NCBI GenBank assembly: GCA_965203355.1
Contig: OZ241889.1
Location: 2,720,001 to 2,784,000, forward strand
Direction of reading: 5' to 3'
Source of the DNA: Candidatus Latescibacterota bacterium
GTDB lineage: Bacteria; Latescibacterota; UBA2968; UBA8231
DNA length: 64,000 nt
The translations under genes were made by a program, and so were the position numbers. Of the stretch, positions 40,898 to 50,823 are shown piece after piece. Positions within the stretch are counted from its first letter, which is position 1; every line of letters begins with the position of its first letter. The notes under the pieces are model-generated. The model saw nothing but the letters and a program-made list of their open reading frames with translations, was not told where the DNA came from and searched no databases.

Positions 40898-41170
40898 ATG
40901 ACGCAAAACACCGACGCAGCCCTACACAAAGCACTGGCGCTATGCCAGAAAATAATCCGCATTAACACCGGGATCATACTCGTGGCTTTTGCGCTGATTA
41001 TCATCCTAACTACGGTCTCGACAGCCGAGTGGGTGCGTGCCGCTGGCAAAGCGCTCTACTATGTCATTGCGTTACAGGCTCTCACGTCGGTAGGGACTTG
41101 GTACTACCGCACTCGCTTGGAGAAAGCGTTGGCAAGGATCAAGGGGGATAGCCCGCATGGAGACGATTAA
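40898..41170 (+). CDS. Small 2-TM hypothetical membrane protein
   Basis: Two hydrophobic helices; fills the gap between dxr and queD. Confidence 0.65.
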   Translation: MTQNTDAALHKALALCQKIIRINTGIILVAFALIIILTTVSTAEWVRAAGKALYYVIALQALTSVGTWYYRTRLEKALARIKGDSPHGDD

Positions 41171-41597
41171 GGCCCGAGGTAAATTCCATGCCGCCCATCG
41201 GCAGCTAGACTACGACGGCAAATGCGCCTACGTCCACGGGCATACTTGGCACGGAGCATTCGTCATCCGCACCGAGCGTTTTCCGCGGCTGGAAAAACTG
41301 GATATGTCCGTTGACTTCGGCGCGCTCAAGGACATCTTCAAATTCTTGGATCACAAGATGTTGATTTCCGGGCGGGATGCGACCTTTCTCGACGCCAAGC
41401 TCTTCGATCCACAGGGCGTCGTGGTCATGCCAGGCGAAAATCCGAGTGTGGAAAACGTGGCCGAGTACTGCCTCGGCCAAGCGGTCGAGGTATTGCAGGG
41501 GCTATTCCCACAGCGTGGCTATCAGTACCACATTGAAGTTTCCATTCAGGAGACTGACAACAATTTCTTTGTAGCTGACCGCCTTATCCGTTGCTGA
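41157..41597 (+). CDS. queD: 6-carboxytetrahydropterin synthase (QueD/PTPS family)
   Basis: FHAAH, CAYVHGH (Cx3HGH), DFGALK, LDHK, NPSVENVA, ET. Confidence 0.8.
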   Translation: METIKARGKFHAAHRQLDYDGKCAYVHGHTWHGAFVIRTERFPRLEKLDMSVDFGALKDIFKFLDHKMLISGRDATFLDAKLFDPQGVVVMPGENPSVENVAEYCLGQAVEVLQGLFPQRGYQYHIEVSIQETDNNFFVADRLIRC

Positions 41598-41615
41598 GCA
41601 ATGGGATGCAGCGCT

Positions 41616-41870
41616 ATGGTACAGGAAAAGATGATGATCGCCGGAGAGGTCGCCTCCTATCTCCGCTGTTCGACCTCTACGGTGCGTCGGATGGTCCGTC
41701 GTGGCCAGATTCCTCATTATAGATTTGGCAAGCTAGTGCGGTTTCGCCTGAGTGAGATAGAGCGCTGGTTAGCTTTGCACTACGAAGGAAGCGGGCTCTG
41801 GCGGGGAAGGGTGGTGGCGTCCAATTCAGATCAACTCTTCCTCTTTCCTATGGGGGAAGAAAATGGCTGA
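41616..41870 (+). CDS. Excisionase-like helix-turn-helix protein (HTH_17)
   Basis: EVASYLRCSTSTVRRMVRRGQIPHYRFGKLVRFRLSEIERWL. Confidence 0.8.
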   Translation: MVQEKMMIAGEVASYLRCSTSTVRRMVRRGQIPHYRFGKLVRFRLSEIERWLALHYEGSGLWRGRVVASNSDQLFLFPMGEENG

Positions 41871-44139
41871 AGAAGCGAAAAATGTGGTGGTACTCGGCGC
41901 TGGAGTCATGGGAGGGCAAATCGCGGCTCTGCTCGCCTGTGCGGGCCACAAGGTGCATCTCCTCGACTTGCCACTGGCCGGCGATGAAGCGGGCCGGTCG
42001 CGTCAGGGGCTGGAGAAAACGCTCGCGAGCCGACCTCCCGCTTTCTATCTAGCGGAGATGGCCCAACACATCCAGCTAGGCAACTTGGAGGATTTAGCCT
42101 GCGTTGGCGAGGCCGATTGGGTCATTGAAGCGGTTGTAGAAGCAAGTGCGCCCAAGCGGGCGTTGCTGGCCCGACTGGAGCCGTACCTGCACGACAGATT
42201 AGTCATCAGTAGCAATACCTCGGGTTTATCTATCGCTGAGTTGGCACGCGGCCGGTCGCCGGAGTTTTGCCATCGCTTTCTCGGGGTCCATTTCTTTAAT
42301 CCACCGCGTTACATGAAGTTGGTCGAAGTCATCCCCGGGCCGGACACCGACCCAGCCATCGTTCAGCAGATAGTGGATTTTCTCACGGAGGAATTGGGCA
42401 AGGGCGTAGTCTGTGGCCGGGACACGCCTAATTTCATCGGCAATCGCCTGTGGATTTTTGCTGTCTGCGACATGCTGCAGCGGATGGAGCGGGACGGGCT
42501 GAGCGTGGCCGAAGTGGATGCGCTGACGGGTCCCCTGATGGGGCGGCCCCCAAGCGCGACCTTGCGCGTCTGCGATATCGTGGGCTTGGACACGGTCGCG
42601 CACGTGGCCGAGACCAGTTACGCGGGATTGCCGGAGGACCCGTGGCGGTCGCTTTTTGCCCTGCCGGCATTTTATCGGCGCATGTTGGCAGAGAACGCAC
42701 TCGGGGCCAAGGTCAATGCCGGGTTTTACCGCAAGGCCGAGATGGGCATTGAGGCCCTCGATTTGGATACCTTCACCTATCAACCCGTGCAAAAGGTGGA
42801 GCTGGGCACCTTGGAATCGGCCCTGAGCGATAGTTCACCGGAACGCCGCCTCTGCGCCTTATGGGACGATTCAGGCCCGTGGGGCCAACTCGGGCGGGCG
42901 CATCTCGCGGCGGTGCTGGCCTACGCCGCCGAGCACGCCGCCGACATAGCTGGCGATGTCGGCCAAATTGACCAAGCAATGCGCTGGGGATTTAACTGGG
43001 CACTAGGGCCTTTTGAGTTGTGGGATCTCTTCGGCGTCGAAGAAGTCATCAGGGAGCTGACAACCAACCAGCAGCGCGTACCCGATCTCGCCAGTCAATT
43101 GCTCGACGCGGGGGAGACGCACTTTTACCGCGGACCAGGCGCGTTCTCGCCAACTCGGTTGCGGCGCGAAAGCTGGCAACCGCCAGCCGACGATTGGGAT
43201 GCGCTAGCGGCCGAGCGAGCCATCTGGTCCAATGACGGAGCCTACTTGGTCGAGTGGGGCGAGGATTTGGGGGCCTTGGTTTTCCGCGGCAAGATGAATG
43301 CCTTGGGCCCAGCTGCGTTGGAAGCCGTCCATCACGCGGTGGATACAGCCTCCTTGGCCGGCTTGGTGATCGCCGGTGCTGGTTCCCTGTTCTCAGTCGG
43401 TGCCGACTTGAAGCACGTGGCCAAGCTCGTCAATGCGCGCGACTGGGCAGGGCTAGACGCATTTGTTGCGGCCTTCCAAGAGGCCGTGCAAGTGCTGCGC
43501 TACGCGCCTTTTCCGGTCGTCGCGGCCCTCCGTGGCTTGGTGCTGGGCGGCGGGTGCGAGTTTGCCTTGAGTGCTGATAGGCGCGTGGCGGCGGCTGAAT
43601 TAGGCATGGGTTTGGTAGAGACCAAGGTCGGCTTGATCCCCGGCAGCGGCGGCTGTATGGAGATGGCGCGGCGGGGAGCAAGCGACATCGAATCCGCGTT
43701 TGCGACGATTTTTGCCGGAAATTTCAGCGACAACGCCTTCGAAGCGCAGGCATGGGGCCTGCTCGCCGCCAAGGATGAGATTGTCTTTGCCGAGGGACAA
43801 CTCTTAAAGCGGGCCGTAGCCAAACTGCGCCGCTTGCTCGCCGCAGGCTACTGTGCTAGCGCACCAGATGGAGTGGAGGTCACTGGAGACGAAGGGTTGA
43901 TGCTTTTGCACGAGCGCATAGATGCAGACCGGGCTACAGGGCAGATCAGCGAGCACGACGTAGTCGTAGGGCATGGTCTGGCGCGGGTGCTTACCGGGGG
44001 GGGTGGAGCGCGCCGTCAAGTAGAGGAGCGCGACTTACTCGATTTGGAACGCGAGGTCTTTCTACAGTTGTGCGGCACCGAGCGTACGCGAGAGCGCATC
44101 GCGCACATGCTGCACACAGGTAAACCATTGAGAAATTAA
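41863..44139 (+). CDS. 3-hydroxyacyl-CoA dehydrogenase/enoyl-CoA hydratase (FadN-like)
   Basis: GAGVMG, WVIEAVVE, SNTSG, HFFNPPRYM, DTPNFIGNR, WGFNWALGPFE, FSVGADL, GGGCE, C-terminal GKPLRN. Confidence 0.92.
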   Translation: MAEEAKNVVVLGAGVMGGQIAALLACAGHKVHLLDLPLAGDEAGRSRQGLEKTLASRPPAFYLAEMAQHIQLGNLEDLACVGEADWVIEAVVEASAPKRALLARLEPYLHDRLVISSNTSGLSIAELARGRSPEFCHRFLGVHFFNPPRYMKLVEVIPGPDTDPAIVQQIVDFLTEELGKGVVCGRDTPNFIGNRLWIFAVCDMLQRMERDGLSVAEVDALTGPLMGRPPSATLRVCDIVGLDTVAHVAETSYAGLPEDPWRSLFALPAFYRRMLAENALGAKVNAGFYRKAEMGIEALDLDTFTYQPVQKVELGTLESALSDSSPERRLCALWDDSGPWGQLGRAHLAAVLAYAAEHAADIAGDVGQIDQAMRWGFNWALGPFELWDLFGVEEVIRELTTNQQRVPDLASQLLDAGETHFYRGPGAFSPTRLRRESWQPPADDWDALAAERAIWSNDGAYLVEWGEDLGALVFRGKMNALGPAALEAVHHAVDTASLAGLVIAGAGSLFSVGADLKHVAKLVNARDWAGLDAFVAAFQEAVQVLRYAPFPVVAALRGLVLGGGCEFALSADRRVAAAELGMGLVETKVGLIPGSGGCMEMARRGASDIESAFATIFAGNFSDNAFEAQAWGLLAAKDEIVFAEGQLLKRAVAKLRRLLAAGYCASAPDGVEVTGDEGLMLLHERIDADRATGQISEHDVVVGHGLARVLTGGGGARRQVEERDLLDLEREVFLQLCGTERTRERIAHMLHTGKPLRN

Positions 44140-44155
44140 ACGAGAAGGGGCTTCT

Positions 44156-45598
44156 ATGGGCTTGCGTAGTGCCGCCGAATTTAAAGAGGGCTTGCGCGAC
44201 GGGCGCGAAGTGTATCATCGGGGAGAGCGGATCGAGGACGTAACCGCGCACGACGATTTGGGAATTGGGGTGGAGCACGTTGCCTTGGATTTTGAACTGG
44301 CCGAGGATCCGGAACACCGCGATCTGATGACTTGGATGGATGAAGAACTGGGCGAACCCGTCAGTCGCTATTTTAAGATTCCGCTAGATGCCACAGATTT
44401 GCTCAACCGACGCGAGATGATTGAGCGTTCGACGCGGCTGGGCAACAGCGTGGTGCTGCTAATCAAGGAAATTGGCACCGACGCGCTTTTCGCCCTCGAC
44501 TTAGTATCCGACCATTTGGATAAAAATGCCGGTGGACAATACAAGGCGCGCGTACAAGCCTTCCACCGCACGTGCAAGCAGCGCGACCTGAGTTTGGCCG
44601 TGGCCCAAACCGACGTAAAAGGCGACCGCAGCCTCTTGCCGTCGCAGCAAGTGCATCCCGACTACTATGTCCACATTGTCGAGGAGCGAAGCGATGGAAT
44701 CGTGGTGCGGGGGGCCAAAGCCCATACGACATGCGCTCCGTATGTTGATGAACTCATCGTCTTGCCGACCCGTGCGCTCAAGCAGGAGGACGCAGCCTAT
44801 GCGGTTGCCTTTGCCACGCCAGTCAATGCGCCAGGGATCAAGCTAATCGCCAGCCCCTTTGGCTCGCCGCCGGTGAGCCACTTCCACCACCCGGTCAGTT
44901 CCGAGCACCGCATGATCGACACGCTGACGATCTTCGACGATGTCTTTATTCCCAACGAGCGCGTTTTTCTCAAAGGGGAATGGCAATACGCCGGGCCGCT
45001 GGCCAACGCCTTCGTCGAATTTCATCGCTTTACGGCCGCCTCGTACAAACCGCCGCTGTGCGACCTCTTTATCGGAGCAGCAGCGCTCTTGGCCCACTAT
45101 AACGGCATCGCCAAGGCTGGCCACGTGCGCGAGAAGTTGACCCAGCTCATCACCTATGCCGAGACGGTCCGCGGGCTGACCTTGGCCGCGGCCCATGATT
45201 GCCGCATCGCGGCAAACGGCACGGCCGTGCCCAATATCGTCTTTACCAACTTGGCCAAGTTTCACTTTGCCAATAACTATCACCAAGCCGTGTCTTGGGT
45301 CCAGGATATTGCCGGAGGGTTGGTGGTCACCGGGCCGTCGGAAGAAGACTTAGCCAATCCCGAAACCAAAGGCTATATCGAACACTTCTTGGGCGGTGGA
45401 AGCGGCGTCGATGCTGAGACGCGGCTGAAGGCAATCAACTTGGTGCGCGACCTGACGGCTTCAACCTTTGGTGGTTACAACGAGCTACTGGCCATCCACG
45501 CCGAAGGCTCATTGGAAACCCAGAAAATCACCATTTTGCGCGATTACGATGTCGAGCGCTGTGTCCAGCTGGCCAAAGAAGCTATCGGCCTAGATTGA
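44156..45598 (+). CDS. 4-hydroxybutyryl-CoA dehydratase/4-hydroxyphenylacetate 3-monooxygenase (AbfD/HpaB) family flavoprotein
   Basis: LRDGREVY, AQTDVKGDRS, DGIVVRGAKAH, FDDVFIPNERVF, DIAGGL, HAEGS. Confidence 0.88.
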   Translation: MGLRSAAEFKEGLRDGREVYHRGERIEDVTAHDDLGIGVEHVALDFELAEDPEHRDLMTWMDEELGEPVSRYFKIPLDATDLLNRREMIERSTRLGNSVVLLIKEIGTDALFALDLVSDHLDKNAGGQYKARVQAFHRTCKQRDLSLAVAQTDVKGDRSLLPSQQVHPDYYVHIVEERSDGIVVRGAKAHTTCAPYVDELIVLPTRALKQEDAAYAVAFATPVNAPGIKLIASPFGSPPVSHFHHPVSSEHRMIDTLTIFDDVFIPNERVFLKGEWQYAGPLANAFVEFHRFTAASYKPPLCDLFIGAAALLAHYNGIAKAGHVREKLTQLITYAETVRGLTLAAAHDCRIAANGTAVPNIVFTNLAKFHFANNYHQAVSWVQDIAGGLVVTGPSEEDLANPETKGYIEHFLGGGSGVDAETRLKAINLVRDLTASTFGGYNELLAIHAEGSLETQKITILRDYDVERCVQLAKEAIGLD

Positions 45599-45675
45599 AC
45601 TAACCCCAAATCGTCAAGCGTCTAAAAAATCAAGGAATTAAAAAAACAGTTGATTATAGAACATTAACCCCTATA

Positions 45676-45707
45676 TTATTCCAAATCCTCTTTAGGTTTA
45701 TTCCAAA
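45676..45707. promoter_or_regulatory. Tandem direct repeat TTATTCCAAA x2, candidate regulator site
   Basis: Exact copies at 45676-45685 and 45698-45707 (22-bp period) in the AT-rich region upstream of the sigma factor. Confidence 0.5.
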
Positions 45708-45833
45708 CCGCTTTACTCTCGGATGTATTTCCCCCACATCTGAACTCCCTGCTCGTCCATATTAGGTACCATCATAGCTTAATGCAGCCAAGAGTCCCCA
45801 TACTGGCTCATTAGCAACAGGAGGCGTCAAGTT

Positions 45834-46679
45834 ATGACTACCTTGCAGACCGATTCTATCGTCGATCAGTACTTTCACGAGATTGAAGATGCCGTCGGGC
45901 TATCGTCCGAGGATGAAGTGGCTATCGCTGAGCAAATAAAACAGGGCGATGAAGAAGCCTTATCTGATTTGGTCAAAGCCAACCTGCGCTTTGTCGTAAG
46001 CGTGGCGAAACAATATCAGAATTTGGGCCTGCCGCTTTCAGACCTGATCAACGAAGGGAACTTGGGGCTTATCATCGCTGCCAAGCGCTTTGACGGCACT
46101 AAAGGATTCAAATTCATTTCCTATGCCGTGTGGTGGATCCGCCAGTCAATTCTGCAAGCGTTGGCCAATCAGTCGCGCATCGTGCGGTTGCCGCTGAATC
46201 GCATCGGCGAGTTAACGCGCGTCAACAGGGTGCTCAACAAGCTCGAACAGGGGCTAGGTCGTCCCCCGGAAGTAGAGGAAATAGCCGAAGAACTAGAGGT
46301 CGAACCTAGCGACATGGATCTCCTGTTGCGATTGGCCCAAAGGCCGGTTTCGCTGGAGATGCCCTGCGATGAATCCGAACCAGATCGTTGTTTCGGCGAT
46401 CTGATTCCCGATGTGAGTCAGCCGCCCAGCGACGAGGCCGTCTCCAGCGACGCGCTCAAGGCGGAAATCTACAACGCCATGCACTCCCTGACCGAGGGTG
46501 AGGCGCGCGTCTTGAAGATGTACTACGGATTGGATGGGCACGAGCCGATGACCTTGGAGAAGATCGGGGCCTATGTTGGGCGTACGCGGGAGCGGGTGCG
46601 GCAAATCAAGGAAAAGGCCCTGCAGAAGCTCCGACATCCTGCTCGCTGCGACTCTCTCAAAGAGTATTACGCGGACTAA
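45834..46679 (+). CDS. RNA polymerase sigma factor, RpoD/SigA family (short form, lacks region 1.1)
   Basis: ANLRFVVSVAKQY, DLINEGNLGL, GFKFISYAVWWIRQSI, TLEKIG…TRERVRQIKEKAL. Confidence 0.95.
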   Translation: MTTLQTDSIVDQYFHEIEDAVGLSSEDEVAIAEQIKQGDEEALSDLVKANLRFVVSVAKQYQNLGLPLSDLINEGNLGLIIAAKRFDGTKGFKFISYAVWWIRQSILQALANQSRIVRLPLNRIGELTRVNRVLNKLEQGLGRPPEVEEIAEELEVEPSDMDLLLRLAQRPVSLEMPCDESEPDRCFGDLIPDVSQPPSDEAVSSDALKAEIYNAMHSLTEGEARVLKMYYGLDGHEPMTLEKIGAYVGRTRERVRQIKEKALQKLRHPARCDSLKEYYAD

Positions 46680-46779
46680 TTATCCGCTGCTGCGGAGCGA
46701 AAAAGGTGGGCGCACAAGGCCGCTGGCGGCTGGGTCTTATTTGATTTTTGCCCGATTTTTCGTTAATATATTTGTCTAT

Positions 46780-46855
46780 TCCGCGGTAGCTCAGCTGGCA
46801 GAGCGGGTGGCTGTTAACCACTTGGTCGTAGGTTCGAATCCTACCCGCGGAGCCA
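46780..46855 (+). tRNA. tRNA-Asn(GTT)
   Basis: TCCGCGGTAGCTCAGCTGGCAGAGCGGGTGGCT-GTT-AACCACTTGGTCGTAGGTTCGAATCCTACCCGCGGAGCCA; 76 nt. Confidence 0.97.
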
Positions 46856-46860
46856 CTTAA

Positions 46861-46911
46861 AAACAGCCGGACCAACCGATCCCGATTCTGGGTAAGGTCG
46901 TCCGGCTGTTT
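46861..46911. terminator. Probable bidirectional terminator between tRNA-Asn and msrAB
   Basis: AAACAGCCGGAC…GTCCGGCTGTTT inverted repeat. Confidence 0.7.
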
Positions 46912-46942
46912 GCGTTTTTGCCGTGCCGCAAGGCCCTCGCGT

Positions 46943-47998
46943 TTATTCAAACAGGGCCGCGTACTCGCCATAGCCTTCCTTGGCCAGATTTTCGACGGGA
47001 ATAAAGCGCAGGGCCGCCGAGTTAATACAGTAGCGCAGCCCAGTGGGAGGTGGGCCGTCCGCAAAGACGTGCCCGAGATGCGAGTCGGCGTGTTTGCTGC
47101 GCACCTCGACGCGGGTCATAAACAGCGAATTGTCGGTGTGCTCGACGATGTGATCCGGCGCTAGGGGCTGGGTAAAGCTGGGCCAGCCGGTGCCGGATTT
47201 GAACTTGTGCTGCGAGCTGAAGAGGGGTTCGCCGGAAACAATATCGACGTAAATGCCCGCGACCTTGTTGTCCCAATACAGGTTGTGGAAAGGCCGCTCG
47301 GTGGCGTCTTCTTGCGTGACCCGAAATTGCAAGTCCGTGAGTTTGGCGCGTAAGGTGTCGATGGGCGGTTTGGTGTATTGGACGCTAGCCGTTGGAGCCG
47401 GGCGGTCTTTGCCCCAAATCTCTTCGATAAAGCGGTCGCGGCCCGATCCCCGGCGATAGCGCTTGTAGTGCTGGGGATTCTTTAGGTAGTAGTCTTGGTG
47501 GTACTCCTCGGCTGGATAAAAGGTAGTGGCTGGGCGGATGGGCGTGACGATGAGTTTGTCAAAGCGGCCCGACGCGCCGAGGGTTTGTTTGCTGGCTTGG
47601 GCTAAGGCGCGTTGCTCTTCGTCGTGGTAAAATATGGCCGAGGTATATTGATGGCCGCGATCGTAAAAGGACCCCCCTCGATCGGTAGGGTCGAATTGAC
47701 GCCAGTAGATGTCGAGGAGCTGGCGATAAGAGACGACCTCGGGATCAAAGGTGACCAGCACGGATTCTATGTGCTTGGTCGCGCCGGAGCTGACCTGCTT
47801 GTACGTCGGGTTTTCGCGTGCGCCGCCCGTGTAGCCAGAAACGGCTGAAACGACTCCCGCGACCTTGTCAAAGGGGGCTTCGATGCACCAGAAGCACCCC
47901 CCGGCAAACGTCGCTTGGGCGTAGTTTTGGGCGCGACTGGTTTGCATGTTAAGCACACACAAGGCCGCACCGAGTAGCATGAGTAGCTGGGCGTTCAT
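46943..47998 (-). CDS. msrAB: Exported MsrA-MsrB fusion peptide methionine sulfoxide reductase
   Basis: Signal peptide; [18 protein letters not shown] (MsrA); [23 protein letters not shown] (MsrB). Confidence 0.96.
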   Translation of the reverse strand: MNAQLLMLLGAALCVLNMQTSRAQNYAQATFAGGCFWCIEAPFDKVAGVVSAVSGYTGGARENPTYKQVSSGATKHIESVLVTFDPEVVSYRQLLDIYWRQFDPTDRGGSFYDRGHQYTSAIFYHDEEQRALAQASKQTLGASGRFDKLIVTPIRPATTFYPAEEYHQDYYLKNPQHYKRYRRGSGRDRFIEEIWGKDRPAPTASVQYTKPPIDTLRAKLTDLQFRVTQEDATERPFHNLYWDNKVAGIYVDIVSGEPLFSSQHKFKSGTGWPSFTQPLAPDHIVEHTDNSLFMTRVEVRSKHADSHLGHVFADGPPPTGLRYCINSAALRFIPVENLAKEGYGEYAALFE

Positions 47999-48323
47999 CG
48001 CTCCTCCTTTTGCGTTGATTTTTTTACAGACGCTTCAAGTATGCCAAAAGGTTCGCACTATCAAAAGTGCTGTCCTAATCCTACGACCACTCGTAAGGAC
48101 CTTCTGCCGCTCATCGTTTGAAAAAGTACGCTGAGAGCAAGTTGACAGTACGTGCGAGAACGGCCTTATTCTCGCGCTCTAAGTTCGCAGTCGGGCGATG
48201 AACGAATTCTCTGCTATCCCATTACATCCAACACAAATCGCCGACGATAGCAACGGCGCACGCAAAACAAGTTTTGGTCGCGCTAGTGCCTATCGCCGGC
48301 TTCATTGCTTGGGGAAATTTTTG

Positions 48324-48971
48324 ATGCTAAAGAACATTCTTCGCTCTCGGGGCCGATCTATGTGGCTCTTCTCTGGGCTGCTCGGGGCCATCGGGTGTAG
48401 CCAAAATTTCAGCGACCAAGAACCAGCCGAGGCCATGGCCGAGCGAGGATTCACCGCCCGCTCCACCACGCCAGCGCATTCATTGGGCCAGGCGAGCGGC
48501 CGACAAGCGCTGGGGCCGCTCAGCGCGGTGGCTCCCGGAGGTTGGGTGGCGCAACAGCCGTCTAGCTCCATGCGGGTGGCCCAATACGGCCTGCCCGGCC
48601 CGGCCGGCGAAGCGACGCTGGGCATATTTTTCTTTGGCCCGGGGCAAGGCGGCAGCGTCGAGGCCAACATCGAGCGCTGGCATGGCCAGTTCACACAGGA
48701 GGACGGCCAATCGGCCCAAGGGCGGCGTTGGACGCGACAAGTAGGAGACATCGAAATAACTGGAATGGATGTCAGCGGCACCTTCTCCGCCGGCATGGGA
48801 ATGGGGGGCTCAGAGCCGCAACCCGGCTACCGGATGCTCGGGGCCATTGCTGTCCACCGCTCGGGCACGGTGTTTTTCAAGATGACTGGCCCGGCCCAAA
48901 CTATCGCGCAATGGGCCGCCAGCTTTGATGAGTTCTTAGGCAGTTTGCAAGCCGACTCAGGCGCGCCTTAG
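48324..48971 (+). CDS. Hypothetical lipoprotein
   Basis: Lipobox-like LLGAIG-C; motifs SMRVAQY, GGSVEANIERW, FFKMTGP. Start uncertain. Confidence 0.65.
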   Translation: MLKNILRSRGRSMWLFSGLLGAIGCSQNFSDQEPAEAMAERGFTARSTTPAHSLGQASGRQALGPLSAVAPGGWVAQQPSSSMRVAQYGLPGPAGEATLGIFFFGPGQGGSVEANIERWHGQFTQEDGQSAQGRRWTRQVGDIEITGMDVSGTFSAGMGMGGSEPQPGYRMLGAIAVHRSGTVFFKMTGPAQTIAQWAASFDEFLGSLQADSGAP

Positions 48972-48984
48972 ATGCTGGAGGACC

Positions 48985-49827
48985 ATGTACACACAACTAG
49001 AGGATGAATTTGGCGACGTCGTCGCCAAGGCCCGTCGGGGGCAGGAGATGGCGGTCGCAGCACTCGCGGCCCAAGTAGAATTGACTGTCGAGGATATGGC
49101 CCAGATCGAAGGCTGCGAACTGGTGCCGGACGCCGACATCATCGAGCGGCTGGCCCAAGTGCTCGGCTTGCACCCGGGCAAATTGCAGGCGAGCGCGGCG
49201 CAGGCATTTTTCCCGCGCCATCCAACAGGCCGTTCGATGGCCGGGGCGCAGGTGGAGATGCTGGTGCTCGGCAGCGGCTTTCTGATGAATGGCTACATCG
49301 TCGGCTGTGCGGCAACGGGCCGAGCCGCGATCATCGACCCGGGATTCGACGCGGATAAAATTCTCCAGCACTTGGCCGCCTCTGGGCTAACAGTCGAACA
49401 GATTTTGCTGACGCATGGCCACCCCGATCACCTCAGTGCCCTCGCCGAGATCGGTCGCGCCACGGCCGCGCCAGCGCGGATTCACCGCGGCGACTTGGTG
49501 CTAACGGGCCGTTTGGCCGGCCAAATCGAAGGCGAACTAGCAGAAGGCGATGTCGTCGACATCGGCCAACTGCGCTTTGAGGTTCGCTCCACGCCCGGAC
49601 ATACGGTGGGCGGTATCAGCTTAGTCCACGAGGAAATGGCCTTTGTTGGGGACGCACTTTTCGCGGGTTCACTTGGGGGCACTCGCAGCGTGGGCAACTA
49701 CCGGATGCAGTGCCAAGCAGTGGCCGAGAAACTGCTCTCGCTAGACGCGAATGTCGCGCTCTTTCCTGGCCATGGACCGGCGACTACTGTGGGGGAAGAA
49801 CGGGAGAACAATCCGTTCTTTTCGTAA
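48985..49827 (+). CDS. HTH(XRE)-fused MBL-fold metallohydrolase (glyoxalase II/YcbL-like)
   Basis: N-terminal XRE-like HTH; THGHPDH, TPGHT, GDALF, PGHGP, ERENNPF. Confidence 0.85.
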   Translation: MYTQLEDEFGDVVAKARRGQEMAVAALAAQVELTVEDMAQIEGCELVPDADIIERLAQVLGLHPGKLQASAAQAFFPRHPTGRSMAGAQVEMLVLGSGFLMNGYIVGCAATGRAAIIDPGFDADKILQHLAASGLTVEQILLTHGHPDHLSALAEIGRATAAPARIHRGDLVLTGRLAGQIEGELAEGDVVDIGQLRFEVRSTPGHTVGGISLVHEEMAFVGDALFAGSLGGTRSVGNYRMQCQAVAEKLLSLDANVALFPGHGPATTVGEERENNPFFS

Positions 49828-49851
49828 AATTCCCCAATGGCGTTGGGGCGA

Positions 49852-50667
49852 TTACGGGGAGTCTGCCGCTGGGCCGGGGCTTCCCGTTTCTTTGTTCTCG
49901 TTAAGCGTCCAGTCGTAGTCGTTGTATTCGATGGTTATATCTTCGGTCAGCCCAACGGCTAGGTCCGAGGGAAGATAGGGGCGCAGGTAGTTGACGATAG
50001 TGGGCATGTTTTCGGGATTGGGGCGGTCTGGCGGGAACCAAACCGAGAAATCTGCTCCGTACCAGTCGAGAATTTTGGACAGGAAGAGCTGTTTCCCTTG
50101 CAGGCGCACGTGGTTGGGGTCTTGGGCAAAGCGCGTTAGTGCCCTTTCCAAGCGGGCGTCGAGATCGGAGCCGGTAAAGGCCCGGTTTTCCAGTTGCGGG
50201 CAGCTCAGGGCCGCGCAGTTGACCGCAAAGTGAATGCGCGGATCTTGGTAGGTCGGGCGGATGATTTGGTTTTCAACGTGATCCAGCGTCATTTCGCGTC
50301 CCCCAGCGACAAAGGTCTGGCGGTTGAAAAAGCCGCTGAACGCAAAGGCGTCCTTGACGCTGGCGATGGGATAGGCGTCGATGACGCCCCGCAGGGTAAA
50401 AGCGTTGTACGCATTGATCCAGTAGGCTAGTTCATGTGCGCGGGTGGGGAAGCGGTCGGGATGCGTTTCGGGGCTGGAGTGGCCGAGGCTATCGACGTAG
50501 GCATCGAGCTGGGCGCGGTTTTCGGCGAGGGCCGCGTAGCGGACCAAACCTTGGTCATCCACGTATTCTTGCAGCACTTGGTCGAAGGGGCTATGGTCAA
50601 AGGGAGGGGCGGCGCAAAGGGGGGCCGGGACGAGGAGCCACAAGGATAGGAAGTAAAGTGAGTGCAT
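49852..50667 (-). CDS. DUF547 domain secreted protein
   Basis: Signal peptide; LAYWINAYN, DPRIHFAVNCAALSCP, LSKILDWY, YDWTLN. Confidence 0.88.
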   Translation of the reverse strand: MHSLYFLSLWLLVPAPLCAAPPFDHSPFDQVLQEYVDDQGLVRYAALAENRAQLDAYVDSLGHSSPETHPDRFPTRAHELAYWINAYNAFTLRGVIDAYPIASVKDAFAFSGFFNRQTFVAGGREMTLDHVENQIIRPTYQDPRIHFAVNCAALSCPQLENRAFTGSDLDARLERALTRFAQDPNHVRLQGKQLFLSKILDWYGADFSVWFPPDRPNPENMPTIVNYLRPYLPSDLAVGLTEDITIEYNDYDWTLNENKETGSPGPAADSP

Positions 50668-50823
50668 GGTTCTTCCAATGGATTAGAATGGGATGAGTAG
50701 GCCTCGGCTAGGGACAATCTATATTATACTTGACGCTGTGCAATAGCTCCACCCGCCTTTCCAATCCTCCATGTACGCCTTTGTGAATAGACCCAATTTC
50801 GCGCTCATTACAGCAGACGATCG

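Noticed and set aside
46780-46911. tRNA-Asn (and tRNA-Thr) as island integration sites
   Set aside because: No integrase and no duplicated tRNA 3' end were noticed in the window.
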